Assembly (NCBI GenBank): GCA_963722075.1
Contig: CAVRJM010000001.1
Location: 416,001-480,000 of the forward strand
DNA length: 64,000 bases
Source of the DNA: Candidatus Babeliales bacterium
GTDB lineage: Bacteria; Babelota; Babeliae; Babelales; JANWKD01
Direction of reading: 5' to 3'
Under the pieces are notes generated by a model. The model searched no databases. It saw only the letters and a program-made list of their open reading frames with translations, and was not told the DNA's origin. Within the stretch, counting starts at the first letter, position 1. Every line of letters starts with the position of its first letter. A program made the translations under genes and the position numbers. Positions 19,611 to 28,419 of the stretch are shown here, piece by piece.

Positions 19611-21485
19611 ATGTTTAATCATACTATGATACTTAATTTATTTATTCACTGGATCCTTACGTTCCGTCTCCGTTTAATCCAGCCGTCGCTAAAAAAGCTA
19701 TGGCGGAGTAAACAACTTCGCCGGACACGCGCTTGCTATTACGGAATCCGGCGTAGCCTTAGCAAAGTCGGACGCGCGCTCCTCAGGATGACATTCACAG
19801 GTCTTCTTGTCATTCTGATCCGCCATCGCCCAAGGCTAAGGCGCGACAAGGGCCGCCTGCCCCGTCGAAGCTTAACGAAGACGGGTAGGAATCCAGTTAT
19901 AGAACTAATTCCTTATCGAGTTGTATGGATAGTTATATTTGGATTATTGAATTTAGAAAATCCTACTAGAGCCCAACCAAAATCAACATTTCTTTCTTGC
20001 CATGAGTTACAGGAATATCAAAAGCGTAACCCACAGGCGCTGTGGCATATTACTTGTCCCACTACCGGTTTAGTATCAGAAGAAAAAATTAAAACCTCTT
20101 ATGCACCGCATTTATTTAGCTTATGGCAATTAGCCCCTAAAAAAGGTGCTGGTATTACTATTGCATTATTTGATACGGGGGTAGCAGCATTCCAAACGGA
20201 ACATACCTGGTGCAAACGCCATCCACAACTGGTGTTTCCTCAAGATTTAATTAATAACTATTTAAATATAACCAAAACATACGAATTAGAATCGTTAGCT
20301 ACTTATATTGAATCAATAACAGAAATCAATCCTGAAAACACCCAATTAATATCATGGATCAATGAATATTGCATAAACGGTAGTAAAAAACCGATGATAG
20401 ATTTTATTACTATGCACAACAAGCCGCTAAATCTTATTGAATCAATCGTACATGGAAGGCGGGGCATTAAACCGGGGGGTGCCATTCGCTTTTTTTCGCC
20501 AATTGAATTGCAAAATCCATCTGGCAAAGCAATTTTGGAACTATTGCCTATTGCATTTAGCACGCAGCACCATGATATTTATTGTAGCCATGGCACTCAT
20601 ATGTATGGCTTAATTAATGCGCAACCGATATCATCATGCGGTGTGGTTGGTATTGCACCCAATGCGCGTTGCGTTATGTATAAAATAGCTAAAGAAATGG
20701 GAAAAACCGATACCGCATTATTATTAAAAGGACTCAAAGAAGCGCGCGTTATTCAACCCGATATTATTAACTTAAGCTTAAAGATTAACGAAACAAACAA
20801 AGAAACATTAAATGAGCTGGCAGCCCAATTACGGTTTTTTAACTACAGTATTGCAGCCAGCGGCAATGAGCTAGATACTACAAGAAGAAGATCGCTCCCG
20901 TATTCTTTAACACAATTACCAGTTACGTGGACCGTTGGCGCATACGCATATCATGGTAATAGCTATACCGTTGCCCCATTTTCTCAATATCAAAAGGGAA
21001 TGGGACCTCATTTTGTAGCACCAGGTGATGAAATTATTAGTACTGCCGTACGGTACACCAATTATAAACAAGAAAATGGCTATCTATGCATGAGTGGGAC
21101 ATCGATGGCAGCAGCACTCATGTCGGGGTTTTTGGCGCTTATTTTGGCAGAATTTCAACATGATTTTACTAAAGAACAAATTTTACAGGTATGTATGTAC
21201 GCAGCGATCAAATTGGGCCGAACACCTGAATGGTTTGACAGTTCATTATATGGCGTTGTTGATATGCGAACGGCATTATTTATGCTTTGGGTTGCTCGAG
21301 CCATCAAAGAAAAGAAGATTGTTAATTATGATTTTGAAAAAAATTTTAACCATATTATAACCGTTATCAAACAATGCTTGAAAGATCAAAAATGGGCCTT
21401 AAAGAATAAAAAACCAAATTTAAGTATAATTATTAACTATTATGCTAATAAGGTAATAGATGAACTTCAACAAGAGCAAGAATAA
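19611..21485 (+). CDS. S8 subtilisin-like serine protease; start uncertain, N-terminus repeat-derived
   Basis: Catalytic DTG, HGTH, AASGN, SGTSMA. Confidence 0.85.
   Translation: MFNHTMILNLFIHWILTFRLRLIQPSLKKLWRSKQLRRTRACYYGIRRSLSKVGRALLRMTFTGLLVILIRHRPRLRRDKGRLPRRSLTKTGRNPVIELIPYRVVWIVIFGLLNLENPTRAQPKSTFLSCHELQEYQKRNPQALWHITCPTTGLVSEEKIKTSYAPHLFSLWQLAPKKGAGITIALFDTGVAAFQTEHTWCKRHPQLVFPQDLINNYLNITKTYELESLATYIESITEINPENTQLISWINEYCINGSKKPMIDFITMHNKPLNLIESIVHGRRGIKPGGAIRFFSPIELQNPSGKAILELLPIAFSTQHHDIYCSHGTHMYGLINAQPISSCGVVGIAPNARCVMYKIAKEMGKTDTALLLKGLKEARVIQPDIINLSLKINETNKETLNELAAQLRFFNYSIAASGNELDTTRRRSLPYSLTQLPVTWTVGAYAYHGNSYTVAPFSQYQKGMGPHFVAPGDEIISTAVRYTNYKQENGYLCMSGTSMAAALMSGFLALILAEFQHDFTKEQILQVCMYAAIKLGRTPEWFDSSLYGVVDMRTALFMLWVARAIKEKKIVNYDFEKNFNHIITVIKQCLKDQKWALKNKKPNLSIIINYYANKVIDELQQEQE
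19641..19896. repeat. Palindromic repeat cluster B (pair with five nested hairpins)
   Basis: TTTATTCACTGGATCCTTA matches the reverse complement of 60171-60189; GCTCCTCAGGATGACATTC resembles the reverse of the unit at 37253-37292; GC-rich inserts. Confidence 0.85.
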
Positions 21486-21514
21486 AAATTATTTCCGTTG
21501 AATATATACTATTG

Positions 21515-21542
21515 TTTTAACATAATATGCATTATCGGTTTA
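21515..21542 (-). other. dif: dif site (XerCD chromosome dimer resolution site)
   Basis: Minus strand TAAACCGATAA-TGCATA-TTATGTTAAAA versus E. coli dif GGTGCGCATAA-TGTATA-TTATGTTAAAT; genes converge on it. Confidence 0.8.
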
Positions 21543-22038
21543 ATAAATTATTATTCCTTTGCTGACTCCATAAGCAACATAACGTAACGGCTAACGCATC
21601 AGTAACATCTTTTTTATCCGGGGCATTAAGTAATGGAAATAGTCTCATAACAACGCGCGCTACTTGATCTTTATCGGCACCACCAAATCCCGTTACTGAT
21701 AATTTAATTTCTCGGGGAGCAAATTCTGATAAATTCAATTGATAGGTATCTGCTAATAAATAAACAATACCGCGTAAATAGCCAAGTTTTAAAAAATTTT
21801 GTGCATTTTTGCCCAAAAACGGTGTTTCTAATGCTATAGTTGTTATTTGTAATAATTGAATCTTCTGGGTAAAAAATCTATGAAAAATTCCTATGCGCTC
21901 GGGAATTGGTTTTGTTGATGACATTTTTAAATATCCATAATCAATAAGCTGCGCTTGGTGGCCCTCTTTTTTTAATATTCCATATCCCGTTACAGATAAT
22001 CCCGGATCAATGCCTAAAATTATGGTTTTATTGTTCAT
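21532..22038 (-). CDS. ruvC: Holliday junction resolvase RuvC
   Basis: ILGIDPG, TGYG, ALE, GFGGADKDQV, DVTDALAV. Confidence 0.95.
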   Translation of the reverse strand: MNNKTIILGIDPGLSVTGYGILKKEGHQAQLIDYGYLKMSSTKPIPERIGIFHRFFTQKIQLLQITTIALETPFLGKNAQNFLKLGYLRGIVYLLADTYQLNLSEFAPREIKLSVTGFGGADKDQVARVVMRLFPLLNAPDKKDVTDALAVTLCCLWSQQRNNNLLNR

Positions 22039-22115
22039 AATTAAAATCTTGTTTTTTTCATTTCTATTCGTTTACTATCAATTACATAAAAAACAGGTAT
22101 ATGCAAGGGAAAAAA

Positions 22116-22949
22116 ATGAAAAATATGAGAAATATTTTTTACTTATTATTTATTTTTTCTTCTTTAAAAGGCTCCTTGCTTGAAGATAATTTAAATAGTT
22201 TAAAGGAAAAGCTTTCTTCATTACATACTTATTTAACCGGAGAAAGAACGACCATATCCTCTTCTGGCCAACACAATATAATTATTCTTGCATACGATAA
22301 TTTAATAGAGTTTGCTCAGGAGTTAGTTGCCAGTAAATTTAGGCCAACTCCCAATATCAATTTTTCATTTAATTATGATGCCCTACCCCTTGAAAATAGT
22401 AAGTCGCGCTTTGTAGCACCAACTATTGCTCAAGAGAAAACCAACGAAAATAAAAATCTATGGTACGCTATCAGTAAATATACCTCATTTGATGAGGCAT
22501 ACCAGGCATTAGAACAACAACTGGCTGGAAACCAGACTGGTGATTTTTATGATATTCGTGAGATTCGCTGGCTAAGAAAAATCAAACCAGGAGAAAAAAC
22601 GCCAGATGAGCGGCTCGTTAGTTTTGGCATGTTACCACATAACGATTGGGTTGAAAAATTACCAGATCCTGCTGGCACAACACTTTCCATAGAGAAGATT
22701 GATCAACTTATTAATTTTGCGCAATCACATAATGCGGATATAATTTTTTGGCTTTCATATTGGCCGCGAACATTACCGGAAGAAGCGCTCAATAAACTAT
22801 TACAGGATGACACCTTATATAATAATACAAAAAAATATATTCAAATGTTGCCAAGTCAAATAAGTAAAGGTTTTTTTGAAAATGCTGTTCTAAGCGGTAA
22901 ACAAGCTATAGAAGAACTTCAATCTGCCATGAGAAAAAGGAAAATGTAA
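22116..22949 (+). CDS. Hypothetical secreted protein with N-terminal Leu-helix module
   Basis: Signal peptide then LEDNLNSLKEKLSSLHTYL; ORF open from 22101. Confidence 0.72.
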   Translation: MKNMRNIFYLLFIFSSLKGSLLEDNLNSLKEKLSSLHTYLTGERTTISSSGQHNIIILAYDNLIEFAQELVASKFRPTPNINFSFNYDALPLENSKSRFVAPTIAQEKTNENKNLWYAISKYTSFDEAYQALEQQLAGNQTGDFYDIREIRWLRKIKPGEKTPDERLVSFGMLPHNDWVEKLPDPAGTTLSIEKIDQLINFAQSHNADIIFWLSYWPRTLPEEALNKLLQDDTLYNNTKKYIQMLPSQISKGFFENAVLSGKQAIEELQSAMRKRKM

Positions 22950-23650
22950 TGAAGAAAATCATTTTATTATTATTAATTATTAGTCATCAATTATTATATA
23001 GTGTTGGACTTGAAGATTTATTAAGAGACTTGAACAACAAACTCAAAGCATTACAAATTAACTTAACCAAGCCAGGAATGATGCAAGCTCCTTTCTTTGA
23101 AAGTGTTCAAGGCTCATTACCTCAACCATCGCAACAACCAAAAGAGCGGCGTGAAAGACAAAGAAAAGGATTTATGACGAAGCTTGCTCCTGAATTATTG
23201 TATCAAGCACAACCGATTCAAGTTGCTTCAAATCTTGTCGAAGGAAGATCCGGAAAAACAGAACAGTACCTTTTAAATAAATTAAATGTAATTTCAGGTT
23301 ATGATTTACAGCCATTGAAAGATCCAATGAATCCTGCAAAAATAGGTTTTTGGATAGATTATGTTACGGCTCGTGCTTTTATTGCTGATGTACAAAAAGA
23401 AGCAAAAGATTTTTATAATAATATTGAAAATTTATTTTATATTTATATCGTTACTGAGTCAAATGTTCAATATCCACTTATTGAGGATGAGCAAAGTGGT
23501 TTCTTTGCCTATCCCATATTAATAAGATTGCATGGAAATGATGATCCAGAACAGTTCATTTCTCAAGAAGGTAAGAATAATATTGAACGAATTCGCCAAC
23601 GTATACAGAAAATACAGTCAGAAGTACGGCCTGGATTTTATGAAATATAG
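22949..23650 (+). CDS. Hypothetical secreted protein with N-terminal Leu-helix module
   Basis: MKKIILLLLII signal then LEDLLRDLNNKLKALQINL; TAATG overlap with the previous gene. Confidence 0.75.
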   Translation: MKKIILLLLIISHQLLYSVGLEDLLRDLNNKLKALQINLTKPGMMQAPFFESVQGSLPQPSQQPKERRERQRKGFMTKLAPELLYQAQPIQVASNLVEGRSGKTEQYLLNKLNVISGYDLQPLKDPMNPAKIGFWIDYVTARAFIADVQKEAKDFYNNIENLFYIYIVTESNVQYPLIEDEQSGFFAYPILIRLHGNDDPEQFISQEGKNNIERIRQRIQKIQSEVRPGFYEI

Positions 23651-23653
23651 TTA

Positions 23654-25036
23654 TTATTCTTCATAATCGGTATCTTCAAAACGCACAATATCGCGCACAT
23701 AATTAAGAAATACGGTACCCGTTGGCCCATTACGTTGCTTACCTACAATAAGCTCAGTAAGTGATGGGTTTTCTGTTTCGGGATTGTATACTACATCTCG
23801 GTAGACAAACATAATGAGATCGGCATCTTGTTCAATTGCTCCCGATTCACGCAAGTCTGATAGCATAGGGCGTTTATCCATGCGGCTATCAACGGCACGG
23901 GATAATTGTGAAAGTGCAATAACGGGAATATTAAGTTCTTTTGCAAGCGCTTTAAGTGAGCGCGATATTTCTGAAACTTCCTGATGACGATTTTCATGCT
24001 TACGATTAGAATGTAACAATTGTAAGTAATCAATAATAAGAAAATCTAATTTATGCTCCGCTTTTAATTTGCGTGCTTTGGTACGCAAATCCATCACCGT
24101 TACCATGGCCGTGTCATCAATAAAGAGATTCAAATTAGAAAGCTGTCCGGCAACATTAGTAAGTTCAAACCATTCGTCAGAGCTTATGGTTGCATTTCTA
24201 ATATTATGGTGTGCAATGGTGGTTTGCATGGATAGAAGTCGTAGAGTAAGTTGCTCGGCGGCCATTTCTAATGAAAAAAAGCCAACGGTATATCCTTGGG
24301 AGGCTGCCGTTATTGCAAAATTTAGTGATAACGCTGTTTTTCCCATGGAAGGACGTGCTGCAACAACAATAAGGTCGCCGTTTTGAAATCCCGATGTCAT
24401 GGTATCTAATTTTTTATATCCAGAGGTGATCCCCGTAATGCCCTTTATTTGACTTTTAATATCCGATAAATGTTGGAACGTTTTTTTAAGCCATATATTG
24501 AGTTGTACAAACGTTTGCTGTGATCGCTTATTAGAAATTTGAAAAATAGTTTTCTCTGCTAAATCTAATACTGCTTCTATCTCTTTTTCATTTTGATCAT
24601 AGCAATTGGTAATAATTTGAGCGGCAGAATGAATAAGTTCACGTAATATTGCTTTTTCTTTAATAATTTGGGCATGTTGCCCAATAAGGCCAACCGAAGG
24701 AATATCTTCTTGTAAAGAAATCAAATAGGTAATACCGCCTATTTCTTGTAAATGTCCTTTTTTATCAAGCTCATCCTGGAGCGTAATAAGATCTAATTTT
24801 TTAAAACTTTGAGTAAGTTCAAGTGCTGTTTTAAAAATAACTTTATGATGAACATTATAAAAATCATCAGGAATCAAAATCTCAGCAATTTGATTTATCG
24901 ATTCATCATTGAGTAAAAGAGCACTCAATACTGCCCGTTCAGCTTGTTCACTAAAGGGAAGTCGCTGTCCAATAACTTTCTGTATTTGTTCTTCTTTAAC
25001 GCGTTGGGCATAAGATGCATGGGTGTCCTTACTCAT
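23654..25036 (-). CDS. dnaB: Replicative DNA helicase DnaB
   Basis: AARPSMGKT, FSLEM, IDYLQL, LSQLSR, DLRESGAIEQDAD, KQRNGPTG. Confidence 0.97.
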   Translation of the reverse strand: MSKDTHASYAQRVKEEQIQKVIGQRLPFSEQAERAVLSALLLNDESINQIAEILIPDDFYNVHHKVIFKTALELTQSFKKLDLITLQDELDKKGHLQEIGGITYLISLQEDIPSVGLIGQHAQIIKEKAILRELIHSAAQIITNCYDQNEKEIEAVLDLAEKTIFQISNKRSQQTFVQLNIWLKKTFQHLSDIKSQIKGITGITSGYKKLDTMTSGFQNGDLIVVAARPSMGKTALSLNFAITAASQGYTVGFFSLEMAAEQLTLRLLSMQTTIAHHNIRNATISSDEWFELTNVAGQLSNLNLFIDDTAMVTVMDLRTKARKLKAEHKLDFLIIDYLQLLHSNRKHENRHQEVSEISRSLKALAKELNIPVIALSQLSRAVDSRMDKRPMLSDLRESGAIEQDADLIMFVYRDVVYNPETENPSLTELIVGKQRNGPTGTVFLNYVRDIVRFEDTDYEE

Positions 25037-25061
25037 TGATGAACCTATATAGTGATGTTTT

Positions 25062-25508
25062 TTATTCTGAAATAACTTTTAATTTTAAAACGGGTTGTAA
25101 GCGAGAAGAAAGTTTAATGGTCACCTCATAGGTGCCAACTGTTTTAATAGACTTATCAAAATGTACCTGACTTTTGGAAATGGAAATCTTTTTTTCTTTT
25201 GCTAATAAATCAACCACTTCAGCAGGCGCTATTGAAGCATAGAGTCTTCCATTATCATGAGTACGTTTCTTTAAGGTTAGGTTTGTTTTTTTTATATCCT
25301 CAGCAAGCATGGAGGTTACCGTCGCAATAACTTCTTTTCGTTGCTCAACTTGTTTAATTTTACCCGCATAAAATTGTTCATTTTGAGGGGTAACTTGAAC
25401 GGCAAGCTTATTAGGAAAGAGGAAATTTTGTGCATAGCCATCAGCTACTTTTAAAATTTCACCCGCTAAACCGATACGCTCGATATTTTTTAATAGATAC
25501 ACTTTCAT
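25062..25508 (-). CDS. rplI: 50S ribosomal protein L9
   Basis: MKVYLL, VADGYAQNFLFP, GRLYASI, IKTVG. Confidence 0.95.
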   Translation of the reverse strand: MKVYLLKNIERIGLAGEILKVADGYAQNFLFPNKLAVQVTPQNEQFYAGKIKQVEQRKEVIATVTSMLAEDIKKTNLTLKKRTHDNGRLYASIAPAEVVDLLAKEKKISISKSQVHFDKSIKTVGTYEVTIKLSSRLQPVLKLKVISE

Positions 25509-25577
25509 AAGATTCTTTCGTAAAAAAACTGTTATTAAAATTATAGCCTAAAAAAAAGGCCTTGAAAATGCGTATTA

Positions 25578-26891
25578 TTATCTTACGCTTGGTAACAGGT
25601 ACTCGTACCCCTGTGGATCAATATATGAATTATACTGATAACTACAATAAAGAAGCTTACTTTTGCCTTGGATTGCTTCGATAATACCATATAAATACAT
25701 AAGGCGTGCAATCCAAGACCCATAAAACCAGGAATCGTTAATTATGCATACGGATATGGTATCTGAAGGAAGTCGTTCTTTTTTAAAAAAAAGCTCAGAG
25801 CAAATAAGCGGATTAGAACCAATAGTATCATCAAAAGTAACCTTATCACTGCTCGCGGCCGTAAAAGGACCACTTTCTTTAAAAAAAAGTTCCCTTGCCC
25901 ATTCATTTGTTAAGAATAAATTAGGCACCCGCTCCGTAAAAAAAAGCGGTTGCTGCTTATCATAATAATGATAAATCTCCCCTTTTTTTATATAATATAA
26001 GGTATTGTAAATATGTTTTCCTTCTTTGCGGTGGCTACCAATAATGATATCGCAAACCCCTTCTACATCCCACATGCCTGCATAGCGGCCCATGGTATTC
26101 AATGGATAGGGAAACATTGATTCTGGCATAATGATAGTCTGTACTAATGGATGATTATTTTTGAGCGTTATCAGCAATTGCATAATTTTTTCAGCCTGAT
26201 CAGCCGCCGGATTAATAGAACTCATAGCAGAAACACAGCCCACTTTTTGAGTAATATCCGGCAATTCTGTTTTGCGATTTCTTGAAAAAAAGAGCGATAC
26301 CATGAGAAAAAAACTGAGTAACGGATACGAATATCTTCCTTTCATGTGTTTATTCATTAAAAAACATAATGCTGACAACAAAATAACACATAAAAGAGCG
26401 CCATTTTTCCCGAGTAATAACAGTATTAACCGCCACAGTTCTCTCATACTTAAGGGTATAACTGGATTAATAATAGGTATCCCTGCCCTTTCTCCGATAA
26501 TCCAAAAAAAATAGTGCTCCATGAATAGCCAATAACCAAAGGTAACCGCTATTGCTAATAAGGTAGAATATAAAGCTTTTGATAGTGCCTTGCTGCTTTC
26601 AAGCAAGAAGAACCAAGTACCGCTTATTAATGCGGTATATAGTATAATAAAACTAAGCGCATACCAGCGACCTATGCCAAAACCGCGATACCAGATAATT
26701 AAGTAGAAATCCGAGAGTATACAGGAATAAAATTGGATACCCCAAACGCAGCCCATTTTAAAGGTAAGTGGCGCTTGTGCTAATGCAAAAAAAAGTAGCG
26801 CAAAAGAAAGAATAATAGCTTCAGCGCCGTATGAAGGAACCATATAGGCAAGAGCTGCAAGCAAAGCAGAACTGCTAACTGCCAACAACAT
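25578..26891 (-). CDS. lnt: Apolipoprotein N-acyltransferase-like protein (CN-hydrolase fold)
   Basis: N-terminal TM bundle; MPES, YNT, YDK, LICSE, NDSWF give an E-K-C triad. Confidence 0.75.
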   Translation of the reverse strand: MLLAVSSSALLAALAYMVPSYGAEAIILSFALLFFALAQAPLTFKMGCVWGIQFYSCILSDFYLIIWYRGFGIGRWYALSFIILYTALISGTWFFLLESSKALSKALYSTLLAIAVTFGYWLFMEHYFFWIIGERAGIPIINPVIPLSMRELWRLILLLLGKNGALLCVILLSALCFLMNKHMKGRYSYPLLSFFLMVSLFFSRNRKTELPDITQKVGCVSAMSSINPAADQAEKIMQLLITLKNNHPLVQTIIMPESMFPYPLNTMGRYAGMWDVEGVCDIIIGSHRKEGKHIYNTLYYIKKGEIYHYYDKQQPLFFTERVPNLFLTNEWARELFFKESGPFTAASSDKVTFDDTIGSNPLICSELFFKKERLPSDTISVCIINDSWFYGSWIARLMYLYGIIEAIQGKSKLLYCSYQYNSYIDPQGYEYLLPSVR

Positions 26892-27315
26892 AATCGCTAA
26901 TTTTATAGTCTACAACACCTTCTTTGAATTCGCGTATTAGACTGCAAGAATGTATATATGGATATGGTGTTCGCATGGTTATCTTAATTATAATGGTTGT
27001 ATCATTTTTGGAAGTAAACAACACCGTACCCTTATACGTTTTATGCTGTACTACCCAACCGGGTAATTCAAATGAGAGATTCTTTTTATAATTCTCTTTA
27101 TAATAGTGAATCATTTCAAAATTATTTTTACATAAATCCAGCGCCCAAACAAGCAATGCATTGCTTGTTTGATATTGTTGATCCTGCTCCTGTTTTTTAA
27201 TAACCAAATCATGACTCGTTATAGTCAATTGCCAGCATAATAGACAAAAAATCATACAGATACTCGTAAGTAAGACCATAGTTAATAAAGCTGAACCATC
27301 TTTATATAGCATCAT
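26875..27315 (-). CDS. PilX/GspK-like minor pilin
   Basis: G|SALLTMVLL class III-like leader without Glu5; last of three coupled pilin-like genes. Confidence 0.6.
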   Translation of the reverse strand: MMLYKDGSALLTMVLLTSICMIFCLLCWQLTITSHDLVIKKQEQDQQYQTSNALLVWALDLCKNNFEMIHYYKENYKKNLSFELPGWVVQHKTYKGTVLFTSKNDTTIIIKITMRTPYPYIHSCSLIREFKEGVVDYKISDYVVGS

Positions 27316-27935
27316 AAATACCTATTATTAAAACAGATAGTTTGTTCAGCGCTAAATGGTGATGATAAGCCTACATCAACGGTTATTGAATTAGTAATTA
27401 AGGTAAGCATATGCTTAGATGCATTATAGTGATAATGAAAAGTAAGTGATTGAATATCATCAATAATAATATTGGTACGCTTAGAGCCCCATACGTGCTG
27501 ATGCGGGAAATAGGTTCCTGTTATATATACCAGCTTATTGTCTTGGATTGTGATACAATAATCTTTATTCTGCTTAGATGAGTGCCATAAAACACAATTT
27601 TTTTCCAATTTGTGCCACTGCTTTTTATCAGCATCAGCATTCTCAAGCTCATAACGGATGGTATTCAGCGCGTTTAAACACATAAGTTCTTTTTGTACCT
27701 GCTTACTTTCTTTTTTTAAACCGCCTATTATTTGCATTACTGCCTGCATAAAAAAAATTGATACTATACCAAAAATAGTTAAGTAAATCATGAATTCAAT
27801 GATAAAAAAACCATTATGAATGATTTTATTAATGGATGGCCGCGCAAGCTCGCCATGACAACTTTCATTTCGATTGTCATTCCGAACGTAGTGTGGGAAT
27901 CCATTAAATAATTCTCCTCTTTTCTTAAGCCTCAT
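27312..27935 (-). CDS. PilW/PulJ-like minor pilin with a repeat inserted in its leader
   Basis: G|FFIIEFMIYL prepilin motif; ATGA overlaps at both ends. Confidence 0.7.
   Translation of the reverse strand: MRLKKRGELFNGFPHYVRNDNRNESCHGELARPSINKIIHNGFFIIEFMIYLTIFGIVSIFFMQAVMQIIGGLKKESKQVQKELMCLNALNTIRYELENADADKKQWHKLEKNCVLWHSSKQNKDYCITIQDNKLVYITGTYFPHQHVWGSKRTNIIIDDIQSLTFHYHYNASKHMLTLITNSITVDVGLSSPFSAEQTICFNNRYL
27829..27907. repeat. Palindromic repeat cluster C, inside coding sequence
   Basis: TTAATGGATGGCCGCGCAAGCTCGCCATGACA...TGTCATTCCGAACGTAGTGTGGGAATCCATTAA; resembles 60106-60181 and 37211-37241. Confidence 0.85.
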
Positions 27936-28318
27936 ATAATAATTCCTGCTGTTGTTGATAGTGAACGTTGTTCCTTATGCCAACCAAGCCAGGATACGGT
28001 AAGATGTAAACACCGCGCTTTGCTTACTAAGGGGGGATTTGTTATCGGCACATCAAACGGAAATGGTTCATTTGACCACCGTATTATACCATCAGGATGG
28101 GTATATTGCTGTTTGTTTAGAATTTCTGGCTGGTAAATAATGGTGCTCATAAATGAATTAATGAGCATTAACGCTTTATAGCGATGTATAGCTTCATAAT
28201 TTATTCTAATAATATGCATTTGATAGAGCTGCATAATATAGATAAAAACCAAAAATAAAAGAAGTCCTATTAAGAGTTCTATTAATAAAAACCCTTGCCT
28301 TAAATTCTTTTTAGCCAT
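27932..28318 (-). CDS. PilV/PulI-like minor pilin
   Basis: RQG|FLLIELLIGL prepilin motif; LTVSW near the C-terminus. Confidence 0.72.
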   Translation of the reverse strand: MAKKNLRQGFLLIELLIGLLLFLVFIYIMQLYQMHIIRINYEAIHRYKALMLINSFMSTIIYQPEILNKQQYTHPDGIIRWSNEPFPFDVPITNPPLVSKARCLHLTVSWLGWHKEQRSLSTTAGIII

Positions 28319-28419
28319 CTACGCCAGTTTACTAATCTTAAAAAATCCATATTCTAAAAGGTGAAATCTATTATCTCTAACATAAAATCTATTTAACCCA
28401 TACTTAGTATGAGGATCGT

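Noticed and set aside
18681..19896. GC-rich repeats as a CRISPR array
   Set aside because: Units are degenerate, inverted and nested, with no regular repeat-spacer period and no cas genes.
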